Shown here piece by piece: positions 29,353-37,779 of a stretch of DNA of 47,257 nucleotides. Within the stretch, counting starts at the first letter, position 1; every line of letters begins with the position of its first letter. Where the stretch lies: the UHGV virus genome UHGV-1363571. One strand, given 5' to 3'. Below the pieces are notes generated by a model. That model did not search any database, was not told the DNA's origin, and worked only from the letters and a program-made list of their open reading frames with translations. This DNA comes from a virus. The translations under genes and the position numbers were made by a program.

Positions 29353-29558
29353 TCGCTCCTCCTTTTAATACAATCCTATTTTGCCAAACTTCTTTGCACC
29401 TTAATATAATAATCCAAATTCCAAGATATCGCTCAATAAGTCTGACTATATTTTTCAGAACCGTATTAAATTTTAAAGGTGCTTATACATCTGGCTGTTA
29501 CATCTATTCCAACAACAGCGCTATCGATACGTTTAGCATACCATATCATTTTAGCACT

Positions 29559-29595
29559 CGCAACAAAAGAGTGCTAATTTATACTTTTTTAATAT
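29559..29595 (+). terminator. Hairpin ttagcactc...gagtgctaa followed by a T-tract
   Basis: Read directly. Confidence 0.4.
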
Positions 29596-29703
29596 TTAGG
29601 ACTACTGCACAATGAAAAGAATTATAACAGCAACAAAATCAAATAACCAAATACACAATCGAAAATTATATAAGCAAAAAAGGAACCTTGCAGTAGTCCA
29701 CAA

Positions 29704-29776
29704 CGGGTATAACAGGACTCGAACCTGCGACACGTCGGTTAAAAGCCGATCACTCTCCCAACTGAGCTATACACCC
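29704..29776 (-). tRNA. tRNA-Lys (anticodon UUU)
   Basis: Cloverleaf folded manually. Acceptor GGGTGTA/TATACCC, D-arm GCTC-AGTTGGGA-GAGT, anticodon loop CTTTTAA, T-arm GCAGG-TTCGAGT-CCTGT. No encoded CCA. Confidence 0.7.
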
Positions 29777-29966
29777 GTAGGATGCCAGTTGACATCCTTT
29801 ACCCTATCCGCACTCGGGTACTGACACTAAATATAGATTGCTGAATCTATTTTTGTTTGTTTTGCAGATCTGCGGATATCTGCGTTTTGGTACCATTGCA
29901 ATGTAAGTCCGGTGTGCACTCCCAGAACAGATCTCAGCTGTGCAGCCTGTATACTCACATCACAAA

Positions 29967-30011
29967 GCCGTGTACAGGAGTCGAACCTGTCTGCCCTACA
30001 TTTGCCACGGC
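29967..30011 (-). other. tRNA-like 3' fragment (acceptor plus T-arm minihelix only)
   Basis: GCCGTGG...GACAGG-TTCGACT-CCTGT-ACACGGC. No D or anticodon arm can be placed. Confidence 0.3.
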
Positions 30012-30069
30012 ATAAGAAAAAGCACCACCACATAAGTGATAGTGCCTTTTTATCTTCTTTCACTCTTTC

Positions 30070-30120
30070 AGTATACCAGTCAAGCCACTATATGTCAATA
30101 GTTTTAGAACATTTAGAACA
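30070..30120 (-). promoter_or_regulatory. Consensus sigma-A-type promoter (TTGACA-17-TATACT) reading leftward into the tRNA island, preceded by tandem 9-bp repeat TTTAGAACA x2
   Basis: -35 at 30098..30093 and -10 at 30075..30070 on the minus strand. Tandem repeat at 30103-30120 overlaps the stop of the activator gene. Confidence 0.5.
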
Positions 30121-30508
30121 CATTATTCCAGTGTACTTTTAACATACTGTAGCACTGATTATACGGCACTCCAACTTCTGCGGAAATTTCATATTCATCC
30201 ATTCCGTTTATATATTTCAATTCCATTACCATGCGTAGAATATTGTCCGGCAACTGGTTTATGTATTTTCTTGCTTCCTTGATGAGTAACTCGTTTTCGA
30301 AGTATAGCGCTCGATATTCCGTTTCAATATCCACACTATCATCAATATCGCTCATACTGTCATCTATCCCGCCTTTTCCCGATGGCATACCGCTCATATT
30401 GATTTCGGATGACATTGCCGCATATTTATGTACTTTATACAATTCAGCTAGCCGTTCCATTCTGATGTTATTTTTATGTATTCGTTTTATGCGTGCTTCC
30501 GTCATCAC
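30113..30508 (-). CDS. ArpU/RinA-like late-gene transcriptional activator (sigma-70 region 4-like)
   Basis: 131 aa. C-terminal LPDNILRMVMELKYINGMDEYEISAEVGVPYNQCYSMLK HTH. Position just upstream of the packaging module. Confidence 0.55.
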   Translation of the reverse strand: MMTEARIKRIHKNNIRMERLAELYKVHKYAAMSSEINMSGMPSGKGGIDDSMSDIDDSVDIETEYRALYFENELLIKEARKYINQLPDNILRMVMELKYINGMDEYEISAEVGVPYNQCYSMLKVHWNNVF

Positions 30509-30749
30509 TCATCACACTCCCTTTCGCATCTATTCCGACCTTCTTCAAAAAGTCTTCCACCGTGTGCTTCTTGTACTCTGCAACGTCCTTATTCGTCCTC
30601 TCACGGCTTTTAAAATCACAGGCGAAGGCTTTATGCTCCTGTTGTTTTAAAGCTGTCTCACATGGCTTTCTCGTTGCCATATCATGTGCATCTATCTTTC
30701 GGATGACTCCTGCCGTCTCCTTTCTGCGTTTCATATTATCTCTTGTCAT
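30474..30749 (-). CDS. Hypothetical protein
   Basis: ORF only. Confidence 0.4.
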   Translation of the reverse strand: MTRDNMKRRKETAGVIRKIDAHDMATRKPCETALKQQEHKAFACDFKSRERTNKDVAEYKKHTVEDFLKKVGIDAKGSVMSDDGSTHKTNT

Positions 30750-31351
30750 TCCTGCATCACCTCAATTTCCCCTCCTGTCAGCTCTTCAAGCTTCTGTCGC
30801 ATTTCTTCCACTGTCATTTTCTTTGGTTCTTTGCGCTCCCAGATGAGTTCGAGGTTATCATCATCCATAATATGTTCGAAGTTTCTTTCATTTTTAATCT
30901 TATACACTCTGATGATGCTAAGTTGGCTTTCTGCATATCCTTGTGTTAAGTCATTCTCGTAGGCTTCGAGTCTATGGCTCCCGTCTTTTCCAATTAGCAT
31001 ATTTCCAACCACCATTCTCTTTCCATAGTCCTTGCATCTGTGTTCCACCACCATTCCGTCTTTTAGATCTGACTTTGTAAATTCTTTCCGCATGTAATCA
31101 CTCCATTCCAGTATTTTATAATTGTGATTTTCTGCAAAATCTAAAGATGAATATTTTCCATCACCGTAATAACATGTTCTTTCGTTGAACATATCGTAAA
31201 TTGTATTTTTCAAATAGCTTTTTCCGTTACTCCACTTCATCCCTTGTCCGTGCATCTGCCTGCAGAAATCTTTTGCTTCTTCTTCGGTCTTGCAATGCAC
31301 CGCAATCTTATTACCTGTATTTTTAAATTCATCCCAGTTAAATTTTTTCAT
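30746..31351 (-). CDS. Hypothetical protein, 201 aa
   Basis: ORF only. Confidence 0.45.
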   Translation of the reverse strand: MKKFNWDEFKNTGNKIAVHCKTEEEAKDFCRQMHGQGMKWSNGKSYLKNTIYDMFNERTCYYGDGKYSSLDFAENHNYKILEWSDYMRKEFTKSDLKDGMVVEHRCKDYGKRMVVGNMLIGKDGSHRLEAYENDLTQGYAESQLSIIRVYKIKNERNFEHIMDDDNLELIWERKEPKKMTVEEMRQKLEELTGGEIEVMQE

Positions 31352-31355
31352 CTTT

Positions 31356-31547
31356 CTACCTCACTATCTTTCGCGCAATCCAATCCAAAAACACCACAAA
31401 TAGCAGTATCGGGAATCCCGCAGCCATCAGGTAATCCGCGCCTTCAAGTTCTACATCCTCTTCGATTCCTGTCTTTAGGGAAATTACAGTTCCCAGCCCC
31501 AGGATGTAATACAGAGCCAGGAATGCGATTGTAATTAAAATGTCCAT
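31356..31547 (-). CDS. Small membrane protein
   Basis: Start refined to MDILITIAFLALYY. Two TM segments. Confidence 0.4.
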   Translation of the reverse strand: MDILITIAFLALYYILGLGTVISLKTGIEEDVELEGADYLMAAGFPILLFVVFLDWIARKIVR

Positions 31548-31548
31548 G

Positions 31549-31749
31549 TTATTCCTCCCGCCTATTATTCCATCCTTGTCTTGCTGCATCCTGCGCAATC
31601 ATCTTGTCATCCCGACACGCCTTAATTGCCACATAAGGCCCAGATGCTCCGCAAGCACCGCACACTACCCTATATCCTTTGCTTCCCATTCTCCGGATTC
31701 CGACTCTTCTGTCACGGCATCCGCAAAATGGACACGCTTTAATTTTCAT
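31549..31749 (-). CDS. Lar family restriction-alleviation-like protein (copy 1)
   Basis: CPFCG...CGACGA...WNNR pattern, 66 aa. Confidence 0.55.
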   Translation of the reverse strand: MKIKACPFCGCRDRRVGIRRMGSKGYRVVCGACGASGPYVAIKACRDDKMIAQDAARQGWNNRREE

Positions 31750-31934
31750 TCCACATTCTCCTTATCTGCATACTTCTCCACAATATCTACTGCGCAAGTC
31801 AGCCCATAAATATAGCTTTCCAGCTCTTCTGCTGTTTTGCTTGCTCCGTGTCTTTTTCTTTCTTCCTTTAAGGCTTCGTAGGCGTCATTTTTCATGTTTT
31901 CGATTTCTTCCACGATTTTCTCTAATGTGTTCAT
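31746..31934 (-). CDS. Hypothetical small protein
   Basis: ORF only. Confidence 0.35.
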   Translation of the reverse strand: MNTLEKIVEEIENMKNDAYEALKEERKRHGASKTAEELESYIYGLTCAVDIVEKYADKENVE

Positions 31935-31937
31935 ACT

Positions 31938-32129
31938 TTATCTCTCGCTTTCCAGCGCTTCTTTCAACACTCTTTCCACTTCTTCCGTTTCTTTTTCCCA
32001 TGATTCCGCACATCTTTTTACACCTTCCGCGTAAGCTGTAAGACCCATTACTAAGTGTTCTTCCGCACTTGCATTTGTCCAAGTTCTGCATTCTCCATTT
32101 TTGCGCAATATAGTTATCATTATTTTCAT
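31938..32129 (-). CDS. Hypothetical small protein
   Basis: ATG start at 32129, chosen over the overlapping alternative frame 31885..32091. Confidence 0.35.
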   Translation of the reverse strand: MKIMITILRKNGECRTWTNASAEEHLVMGLTAYAEGVKRCAESWEKETEEVERVLKEALESER

Positions 32130-32281
32130 CACTCCGCCTCCAACAATCCTGCTTTTATAAATACACCTTCCAATAACTCGCTCATTTTATTAGTATCAAT
32201 GGTAATCGGCTCACATGGAAACTCTTCTTGATTTCCACAGCACGCATACAATTTCGCAATTAAAATATCATACTTTTTCAT
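32129..32281 (-). CDS. Hypothetical 50-aa protein, translationally coupled
   Basis: Below the ORF-track cutoff. Start overlaps the YopX stop (ATGA) and stop overlaps the next start. Confidence 0.3.
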   Translation of the reverse strand: MKKYDILIAKLYACCGNQEEFPCEPITIDTNKMSELLEGVFIKAGLLEAE

Positions 32282-32754
32282 CACTCCACCTCCAACAACT
32301 CTGGATTATCAAATGCATTTTTAACCACCTCATATTCGCATCGCTTGATGTAAGAATCAGTTAACGGCATTGGTAGACAAAACGGTTCGCATTTGCTTAA
32401 TACATCCGTTTCAATTACTTTCGTGTGCCATCCGATAACACGATCTACTTTTTCGTGTGTCTCAACATCAATTACATTAAATTCCCCGAATACAACTTTT
32501 GCTAAGTCATCATCGTTTCCATGACCTCGTAAAATATCATTCTCCCAAATCTTCTTACCATCCTTGTCTGTTAGCCCTGTGTACTGGCAGAGGGTGTCAG
32601 GATCTATTTCCGCATATTCCCATACTGTATAGCTTTTTGACCAAAAAATAAGATGTTGTTCACTTCCGTCTAAATCAAATCGTTTTTGGTAATATCCTTC
32701 CACCCATTCACCGTTATCTTTTCTCTTTGCTTTAAAAAGGATTTCTCTACTCAT
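32281..32754 (-). CDS. YopX family protein
   Basis: N-terminus MSREILFKAKRKDNGEWVEGYY and motif DKDGKKIWENDIL. Confidence 0.6.
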   Translation of the reverse strand: MSREILFKAKRKDNGEWVEGYYQKRFDLDGSEQHLIFWSKSYTVWEYAEIDPDTLCQYTGLTDKDGKKIWENDILRGHGNDDDLAKVVFGEFNVIDVETHEKVDRVIGWHTKVIETDVLSKCEPFCLPMPLTDSYIKRCEYEVVKNAFDNPELLEVE

Positions 32755-32933
32755 AATTGCTCTTTCTCCCATGACCAATCAACCTGTTCCATAACCATAT
32801 CTCCAATAGCTTCTTCAATTTCCTCGTCTGTCACATCATCGTCAAATTCTTCTTCAAATGTCATATCTGTTCCAGCAAATCCATAATTTGCTTCTGCTTT
32901 TACTTTAATCATTCTTTCACTCTCCTGTTCCAT
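32751..32933 (-). CDS. Small acidic protein
   Basis: ORF only. Confidence 0.35.
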   Translation of the reverse strand: MEQESERMIKVKAEANYGFAGTDMTFEEEFDDDVTDEEIEEAIGDMVMEQVDWSWEKEQL

Positions 32934-33100
32934 GCTTTGATTGCCAGTTTTTCAGTGGTAAAATTACTCATCTCAATAGGTGCTATTGTCATCTTACAAT
33001 CATGTTGAACAAAATATCCTTCGTAATTATTATTCAAACAAATTGTTTTAATAAGAATTGCTTCTCCGCCACAAAACGGCCATTTCTTTAATTCTTCCAT
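32909..33100 (-). CDS. Lar family restriction-alleviation-like protein (copy 2)
   Basis: Start refined to MEELKKWPFCGGEA with RBS GGAGTGAG. C-terminal KLAIKAWNRR. Confidence 0.5.
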   Translation of the reverse strand: MEELKKWPFCGGEAILIKTICLNNNYEGYFVQHDCKMTIAPIEMSNFTTEKLAIKAWNRRVKE

Positions 33101-33101
33101 G

Positions 33102-33380
33102 TTACTCACTCCATTTAATTTTCTGACCGCAATTCGGGCAATAAAAATGTTCATATCCTTTTTCGCAAATATATTCACTTTTGCACGTAGGGCATTTAAA
33201 GTTAATGTCACCAAGTATGTAGTCCATTATGTCCGGTTTTTTCGGCAACTGCTTTTCCAGTGCTTCGATTGCTATGTCTCTTATTTCTCGCATCTCTTCC
33301 CAATCATAAAAGGGATGTACTCTTTTAAGATTAATAATCTTCAGAGCTTCTATCGCTTCTCTAACTTTCTTCTCATTCAT
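33102..33380 (-). CDS. Zinc-ribbon protein (CPTC...CPNC)
   Basis: C-terminal Cys pairs. Confidence 0.4.
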   Translation of the reverse strand: MNEKKVREAIEALKIINLKRVHPFYDWEEMREIRDIAIEALEKQLPKKPDIMDYILGDINFKCPTCKSEYICEKGYEHFYCPNCGQKIKWSE

Positions 33381-33555
33381 CTAATTTTCCTCCCGTTATT
33401 TCCAACCATAAACCACTCTCTCCATCTTTTTCATACAGGAAATCTGTCTCTATCCCGCAGACCGCCAACTCGGTCATTGTCCTCACGCAATCCTCTGCAT
33501 CAGCGCATTTGATCGTGTCGCCTTTTTGCAAGCGTGTTTCTTCTGTTTTTGGCAT
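33373..33555 (-). CDS. Hypothetical small protein
   Basis: ORF only. Confidence 0.3.
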   Translation of the reverse strand: MPKTEETRLQKGDTIKCADAEDCVRTMTELAVCGIETDFLYEKDGESGLWLEITGGKLDE

Positions 33556-33938
33556 TAGTCATTCCTCCGTATCGTCATCTCGATTCCAATCTCATCTTTT
33601 ATCATCCTCGTATATTCATCCCATGTTGCCATATCGTCCACCAGACACTCTGCTTTCAGGTTCATCCGGTCGATAAATCTCTTGCACCGTTTCCCGGCAA
33701 AGCCGAACTCATCATGCAGCGTTGCAACTGCGATCACCATCATTGTGTCCAGTGTCATGTTTTTAATCTTCTCACAGGCAATATTCAACTCTTTTCTAGT
33801 CAATGCTGTGTTGATTCCCGTGATATTTCTGAACTGGATTTCTTTTTCCAGTCCTTCAATGCCGTCTTTCTTTACAATCTCTCTTGCCAGAATCAAACCT
33901 TGTGATCTACCGGCTGTATAATCATCAACTTTTCCCAT
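33555..33938 (-). CDS. Hypothetical protein
   Basis: ORF only. Confidence 0.4.
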   Translation of the reverse strand: MGKVDDYTAGRSQGLILAREIVKKDGIEGLEKEIQFRNITGINTALTRKELNIACEKIKNMTLDTMMVIAVATLHDEFGFAGKRCKRFIDRMNLKAECLVDDMATWDEYTRMIKDEIGIEMTIRRND

Positions 33939-34218
33939 TTTTTCTCCTTAACTGCTTGCAAAGTCCTTCCCACTCAACCTCTTTGTTCCGCGTCCATCTT
34001 TTCGCTGCTCTTCTTTTCCGGATCCCGTTTTCATCCATGTACCGGATAAGATCATCTCTGGTAAATTCCATTTTCTGAATGTCATGCAAAACTTTATGAA
34101 TATGCTCATCCGTGCATCCGAGTTTCGCCATTTCTTCGATCTGGAACCGGTACGGATCCAGAAAGTGCGCCGGTCTACTCATTTTCTGCCCTTTCGATTG
34201 TACGAACCGGAATTCCAT
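33925..34218 (-). CDS. Small HTH-like protein
   Basis: ORF. Basic C-terminus. Confidence 0.35.
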   Translation of the reverse strand: MEFRFVQSKGQKMSRPAHFLDPYRFQIEEMAKLGCTDEHIHKVLHDIQKMEFTRDDLIRYMDENGIRKRRAAKRWTRNKEVEWEGLCKQLRRKNGKS

Positions 34219-35323
34219 TTACTTCCAAGCTGTCATCTACCGCTATTACTAAGCATTTCCTTCTATTCACAACCATTGTATCTACAAGATCTGTCCGCCC
34301 TGGATTCACTTTAATCACAATATCTGGTGTTTCAATCTGGAATTTTTTCGTCTCTGTAATGTTCTCTGCAAGCAGAGATGTCTTTTCTCCTGCAGTCTCT
34401 TTATAATTCTGGTCAAAACTCTCCATCTTCTCCGAAGAGACACCACTTTGTTCAAATACCTTGCGCACATCTGCCTTATCAAGCTGAAGTGGCTCTGGTT
34501 CTTCCTTGTGCTCCTCGATCATGTCATTCAACGTATCATGAATATTGCGGATCGTCTCATAATCTCCATCTTCCCCAAGCGTATCCTCAATCAGCATCTG
34601 GAATGTCTCTTTTTGCGTATTCGCCGACATTGGCATCCTTGCTCCCAGCAGCTGTTCGATTAGCTCCTGCTGTAAATCCTCTGACTTCTTTGTATAATAG
34701 AGAACCCCGTGGATATCTGTGCTCCTGTCATTAAATGCAGGGAACAAGAATCCTTTGTCAGGCATACCTACTACCCAGTCCCGGATACGATCCTGAATGC
34801 AATTACTCTCTGCATGGTAACTCAATCCAGCCTTTGACAAAGAAACCGGGCAGATGCTGCATAACAGATATTCATACACTTCTTCTGACGCATCGTACAT
34901 CTCCGTGCCATCAGAAGCTCTCCCCGGTATGTCATACATTGCATGAATGAGGACGATGTAATAATTTTCGCTGTAGTCATAAGATTCGATTATCCTATCG
35001 TAGAATTCTTCCAGAAGCTGGTCATCTTCCAACTTGCTTTTTCTGAGCTTCATCAAGAATTCCTGTGTTCCTCCCGGCATCTCCTGTTTTGTAGGAAATT
35101 CCAGATTTAACAAATTCTTGCCAACACTTCCGGACAGCGTTTTTCTGAAGATGTCAAAATACTTGAATGCATCCTCTTCCGGTAAGGACAGAAATGCGCT
35201 TTTCGACTCCATCTTTTTGTTTTTCTCATGATCCACATAGCAACCGGCAATTCTTGTAATTGCACAATTTGCTGGCGTAAACTGTTTGCGGATTTCCAAT
35301 ATTTCTTTTTTATTCATTTTCAA
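34175..35323 (-). CDS. DUF4317-like protein
   Basis: N-terminus MNKKEILEIRKQF, about 380 aa, resembling the Firmicutes DUF4317 family. Confidence 0.45.
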   Translation of the reverse strand: MKMNKKEILEIRKQFTPANCAITRIAGCYVDHEKNKKMESKSAFLSLPEEDAFKYFDIFRKTLSGSVGKNLLNLEFPTKQEMPGGTQEFLMKLRKSKLEDDQLLEEFYDRIIESYDYSENYYIVLIHAMYDIPGRASDGTEMYDASEEVYEYLLCSICPVSLSKAGLSYHAESNCIQDRIRDWVVGMPDKGFLFPAFNDRSTDIHGVLYYTKKSEDLQQELIEQLLGARMPMSANTQKETFQMLIEDTLGEDGDYETIRNIHDTLNDMIEEHKEEPEPLQLDKADVRKVFEQSGVSSEKMESFDQNYKETAGEKTSLLAENITETKKFQIETPDIVIKVNPGRTDLVDTMVVNRRKCLVIAVDDSLEVNGIPVRTIERAENE

Positions 35324-35501
35324 CCTCTCTTTCCAGCCACTCTTTTTGGCTCTTGTACAAATTCAGGTATTTATCACGGTTTTCTTCGTACAGATCGTCT
35401 TCCAAATCCTCATCTATTCTTGTAAGTATCATCTTCACTGCTGAGATTTCTGGTGTATCAATTTCTCCTGTTATGTTGTTCAAATGATCATTATTCGTCA
35501 T
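35310..35501 (-). CDS. Hypothetical small acidic protein
   Basis: ORF only. Confidence 0.3.
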   Translation of the reverse strand: MTNNDHLNNITGEIDTPEISAVKMILTRIDEDLEDDLYEENRDKYLNLYKSQKEWLEREVENE

Positions 35502-35607
35502 TTTCCTCTCACCCTTTTCTTTCTCTTGCGCTTGGAGCTAACTTTTGTGTAAAAATCCATGTTTCCGTGTCTTTTCTTGCAAATCTTAAACCCATATCTT
35601 TTCATGT

Positions 35608-36192
35608 TCATGCCTGTTCACCCTTTAAACTCCACCATGCTTTCACATTCTTTCCGTATCCTGCAGTCTGGATTCTCACGCCCAGTTCTGCCTTTGCTTT
35701 CATGATGTCTGATCTTTTAATTCCTGCGGCTTCTGACTCCATGAGCAGCTTCGCCCCGTCATAGCGTCCACCTTCCATCTTGTCTTGCAACCACTCTAAT
35801 GCTTTGTCGTAATCGGTCTTTGACATCGTATTGACCTTGTCCTTGATCTTTTCCAATTGGACGGTATTGGTGTTCAGCTTGTTCCAGATTTTCTCAAAAT
35901 TCTCCTGCATGATTCTGCGATTCTCTAAAATCTCATCCCGGATGACTGTAAGTGCCTGCGCTGCGGTCATACCTTTCTTTTCCGGCTCTTTTACCAGACT
36001 TCCCGGATCAAGTCCGAGAAGTAAACACATGGTCCTTTCAAAATCTTCTGTCTGTTCCGGGTTCTTCGCCATATTGTAGACAAAAGACTTGCTTCTCCCG
36101 AGTTCTGCCGAGAATTTTTCTTTCGTCTTGCCCTGTTTTTCTAGTTCCTTGCAGAGCAGAGCGTAATTTATCGTTACTTTCTTCGGTTCCAT
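35608..36192 (-). CDS. HTH DNA-binding protein (regulatory or replication-associated)
   Basis: N-terminal XRE-like HTH. Adjacent to the replisome organizer. Confidence 0.45.
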   Translation of the reverse strand: MEPKKVTINYALLCKELEKQGKTKEKFSAELGRSKSFVYNMAKNPEQTEDFERTMCLLLGLDPGSLVKEPEKKGMTAAQALTVIRDEILENRRIMQENFEKIWNKLNTNTVQLEKIKDKVNTMSKTDYDKALEWLQDKMEGGRYDGAKLLMESEAAGIKRSDIMKAKAELGVRIQTAGYGKNVKAWWSLKGEQA

Positions 36193-36201
36193 AGTTCCTC
36201 C

Positions 36202-37005
36202 TTAATTTGACTTCAATAACTGCTCTTCCAGAGAGTCCATGTCGTATCCTCTGCGTTCGAAGTTGTTTAGGTTTCTGCTTACTGGCGGTTTTGCCGTCCT
36301 CTCTGGTGGCTGATAATTTTTGTCGAGATAATCTTCATATCCGGTATTAAAAAAGGTGCTGCCGTATTGAGGTTTTCTCCATTCATTTTCTTTTAAATCT
36401 TCTTTATAGCGATTTATCGCTCTTTCGAATTGCTCGTAGCCAATATCGAGTAGCCTTTCCTTGCTCTTTTTACTTACCTGTCCTTTTCCTTTTTTCTCCG
36501 GATATTTTTTCCATAATCGCTCAAATAACTCTTCTATCTCTTTTTCTTTCTCTTTTCTCTTTACTCTATCTCTATTCTCTTTCTCTATCTCTTTCTCTTT
36601 CTCTGTGTTACACAATGTTACTGTATCGTTACAATGTAACGCTTTTCGCTCACGATGCGCTCTAACTCGTTGTGCTGAGTCACTTTCTGACCCTATTGAT
36701 TCTTGCGTTTCCGTCATTAAATACTCATTATCATCACATAAAATCATAAGTCCTTGCGCAATCAAAAATTGAATTGTAACGCCTACATTTTCCGGGTCTT
36801 CATCTATCTTCAATGCCATTTCCTCTACAAAATTCTCTTCGATGCCATCAAAATATAACTTTCCATCATCTTCCAGACTGTAAAGCTGCATTTTCAGATA
36901 TATGATCGTGTAAGTATCTCCACCGGCTATTTTCCTGAGTTTTTTTATTTTTGGCTGACTAAAAAAGTTGTTTTTCAGTTTTAGCCAGTAATACTTTTTA
37001 GCCAT
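36202..37005 (-). CDS. Phage replisome organizer / replication initiator (N-terminal domain family)
   Basis: MAKKYYWLKLKNNFF signature N-terminus. Internal KE-rich segment encoded by CT-rich iteron-like repeats. Confidence 0.65.
   Translation of the reverse strand: MAKKYYWLKLKNNFFSQPKIKKLRKIAGGDTYTIIYLKMQLYSLEDDGKLYFDGIEENFVEEMALKIDEDPENVGVTIQFLIAQGLMILCDDNEYLMTETQESIGSESDSAQRVRAHRERKALHCNDTVTLCNTEKEKEIEKENRDRVKRKEKEKEIEELFERLWKKYPEKKGKGQVSKKSKERLLDIGYEQFERAINRYKEDLKENEWRKPQYGSTFFNTGYEDYLDKNYQPPERTAKPPVSRNLNNFERRGYDMDSLEEQLLKSN
36525..36612. repeat. CT-rich short direct repeats (ctctttctct variants) inside the initiator gene; candidate origin iterons
   Basis: Read directly. Comparable to lambda, where the replication origin lies inside the O gene. 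Confidence 0.35.
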
Positions 37006-37115
37006 AGTCCCTAGAGTCTTTTACTCCTTTCCTCCCGGGATTTCTCCCGGGATATGTATTCAGTGTAGTGTGACGTACCTGAACATGAACGGGTTACAAT
37101 TTATAACAAGGCTCT

Positions 37116-37559
37116 CTACCTCGTTACCTCTTCAATTCGGACAATGATTGACGGGATTCCGCTTGTATACTCAAACTCATGCGTTGTATTCACGACATGA
37201 GTCGGATCATCATTAACAATCACATCGCATTTCTGCAATGCGTCTTCAATCACCTTGTCCGCAAAGCTGAAAACATTCATTCTGTCCCGTTTATTGCCCT
37301 TTTTAGGCTCTTTAAACGTATAGTGCAGAATGATAGGCTTATCTGTTTTAAAACGCTTTAAACCAAGCCTGACGGCGTTACAGGCTATCATCTGATACTG
37401 TTGCTTCATTCGATTTCCTGCTTTCGGGTTCTTCCCGATCTCATGTATGTAATCATTCAGACCCGGGAAACAATGTCCTTTGTAAAATTTCCCTCTGATT
37501 TCAAAAATATGATTGTCCATATCGTTCCCTAAATTCCTCTCGTGTATGGTTCTGCTCAT
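37116..37559 (-). CDS. rusA: RusA-like Holliday junction resolvase
   Basis: FADKVIEDALQKCDVIVNDDPTHVV motif and size. Confidence 0.5.
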   Translation of the reverse strand: MSRTIHERNLGNDMDNHIFEIRGKFYKGHCFPGLNDYIHEIGKNPKAGNRMKQQYQMIACNAVRLGLKRFKTDKPIILHYTFKEPKKGNKRDRMNVFSFADKVIEDALQKCDVIVNDDPTHVVNTTHEFEYTSGIPSIIVRIEEVTR

Positions 37560-37779
37560 AGATTGCCTGTCCTACCATCTTCGACAGTGCCATACTTACA
37601 CCATTTTCGTGTATTTTCCCATGACATTCACTGCACACAGGAAGAATCAACTTATCCTTTGTTCCGTTCTGTCTTTTCCCTCTTCCACAGATCAAATGAT
37701 GTCCATGGATGTTGTATGGTTTTCCACAGATCAAGCAGAACTCAACGTATTCTGTTACTATCGTGTCTGACTTTTTCAT
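37501..37779 (-). CDS. HNH endonuclease
   Basis: CxxC...HGHH...CxxCH motif. Confidence 0.55.
   Translation of the reverse strand: MKKSDTIVTEYVEFCLICGKPYNIHGHHLICGRGKRQNGTKDKLILPVCSECHGKIHENGVSMALSKMVGQAIYEQNHTREEFRERYGQSYF

Noticed and set aside
29940-30040. Possible second complete tRNA
   Set aside because: Only an acceptor stem plus T-arm (about 45 nt) can be folded. There is no room for D and anticodon arms, so it is recorded only as a tRNA-like fragment.
29826-30063. 78-aa minus-strand ORF in the tRNA island
   Set aside because: It overlaps the tRNA-like fragment and hairpins, has a Cys/Arg/Trp-rich composition and no RBS, so it is more likely noncoding.
31885-32091. 68-aa minus-strand ORF overlapping 31938..32129
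   Set aside because: It is an alternative frame with a highly basic, Gly/Arg/Lys junk-like translation. The helical 64-aa frame was preferred.
36525-36612. CT-rich repeats as a CRISPR array
   Set aside because: The units are short (6-10 bp), degenerate, lack spacers and lie inside an intact reading frame. They are better explained as iterons or a low-complexity coding repeat.
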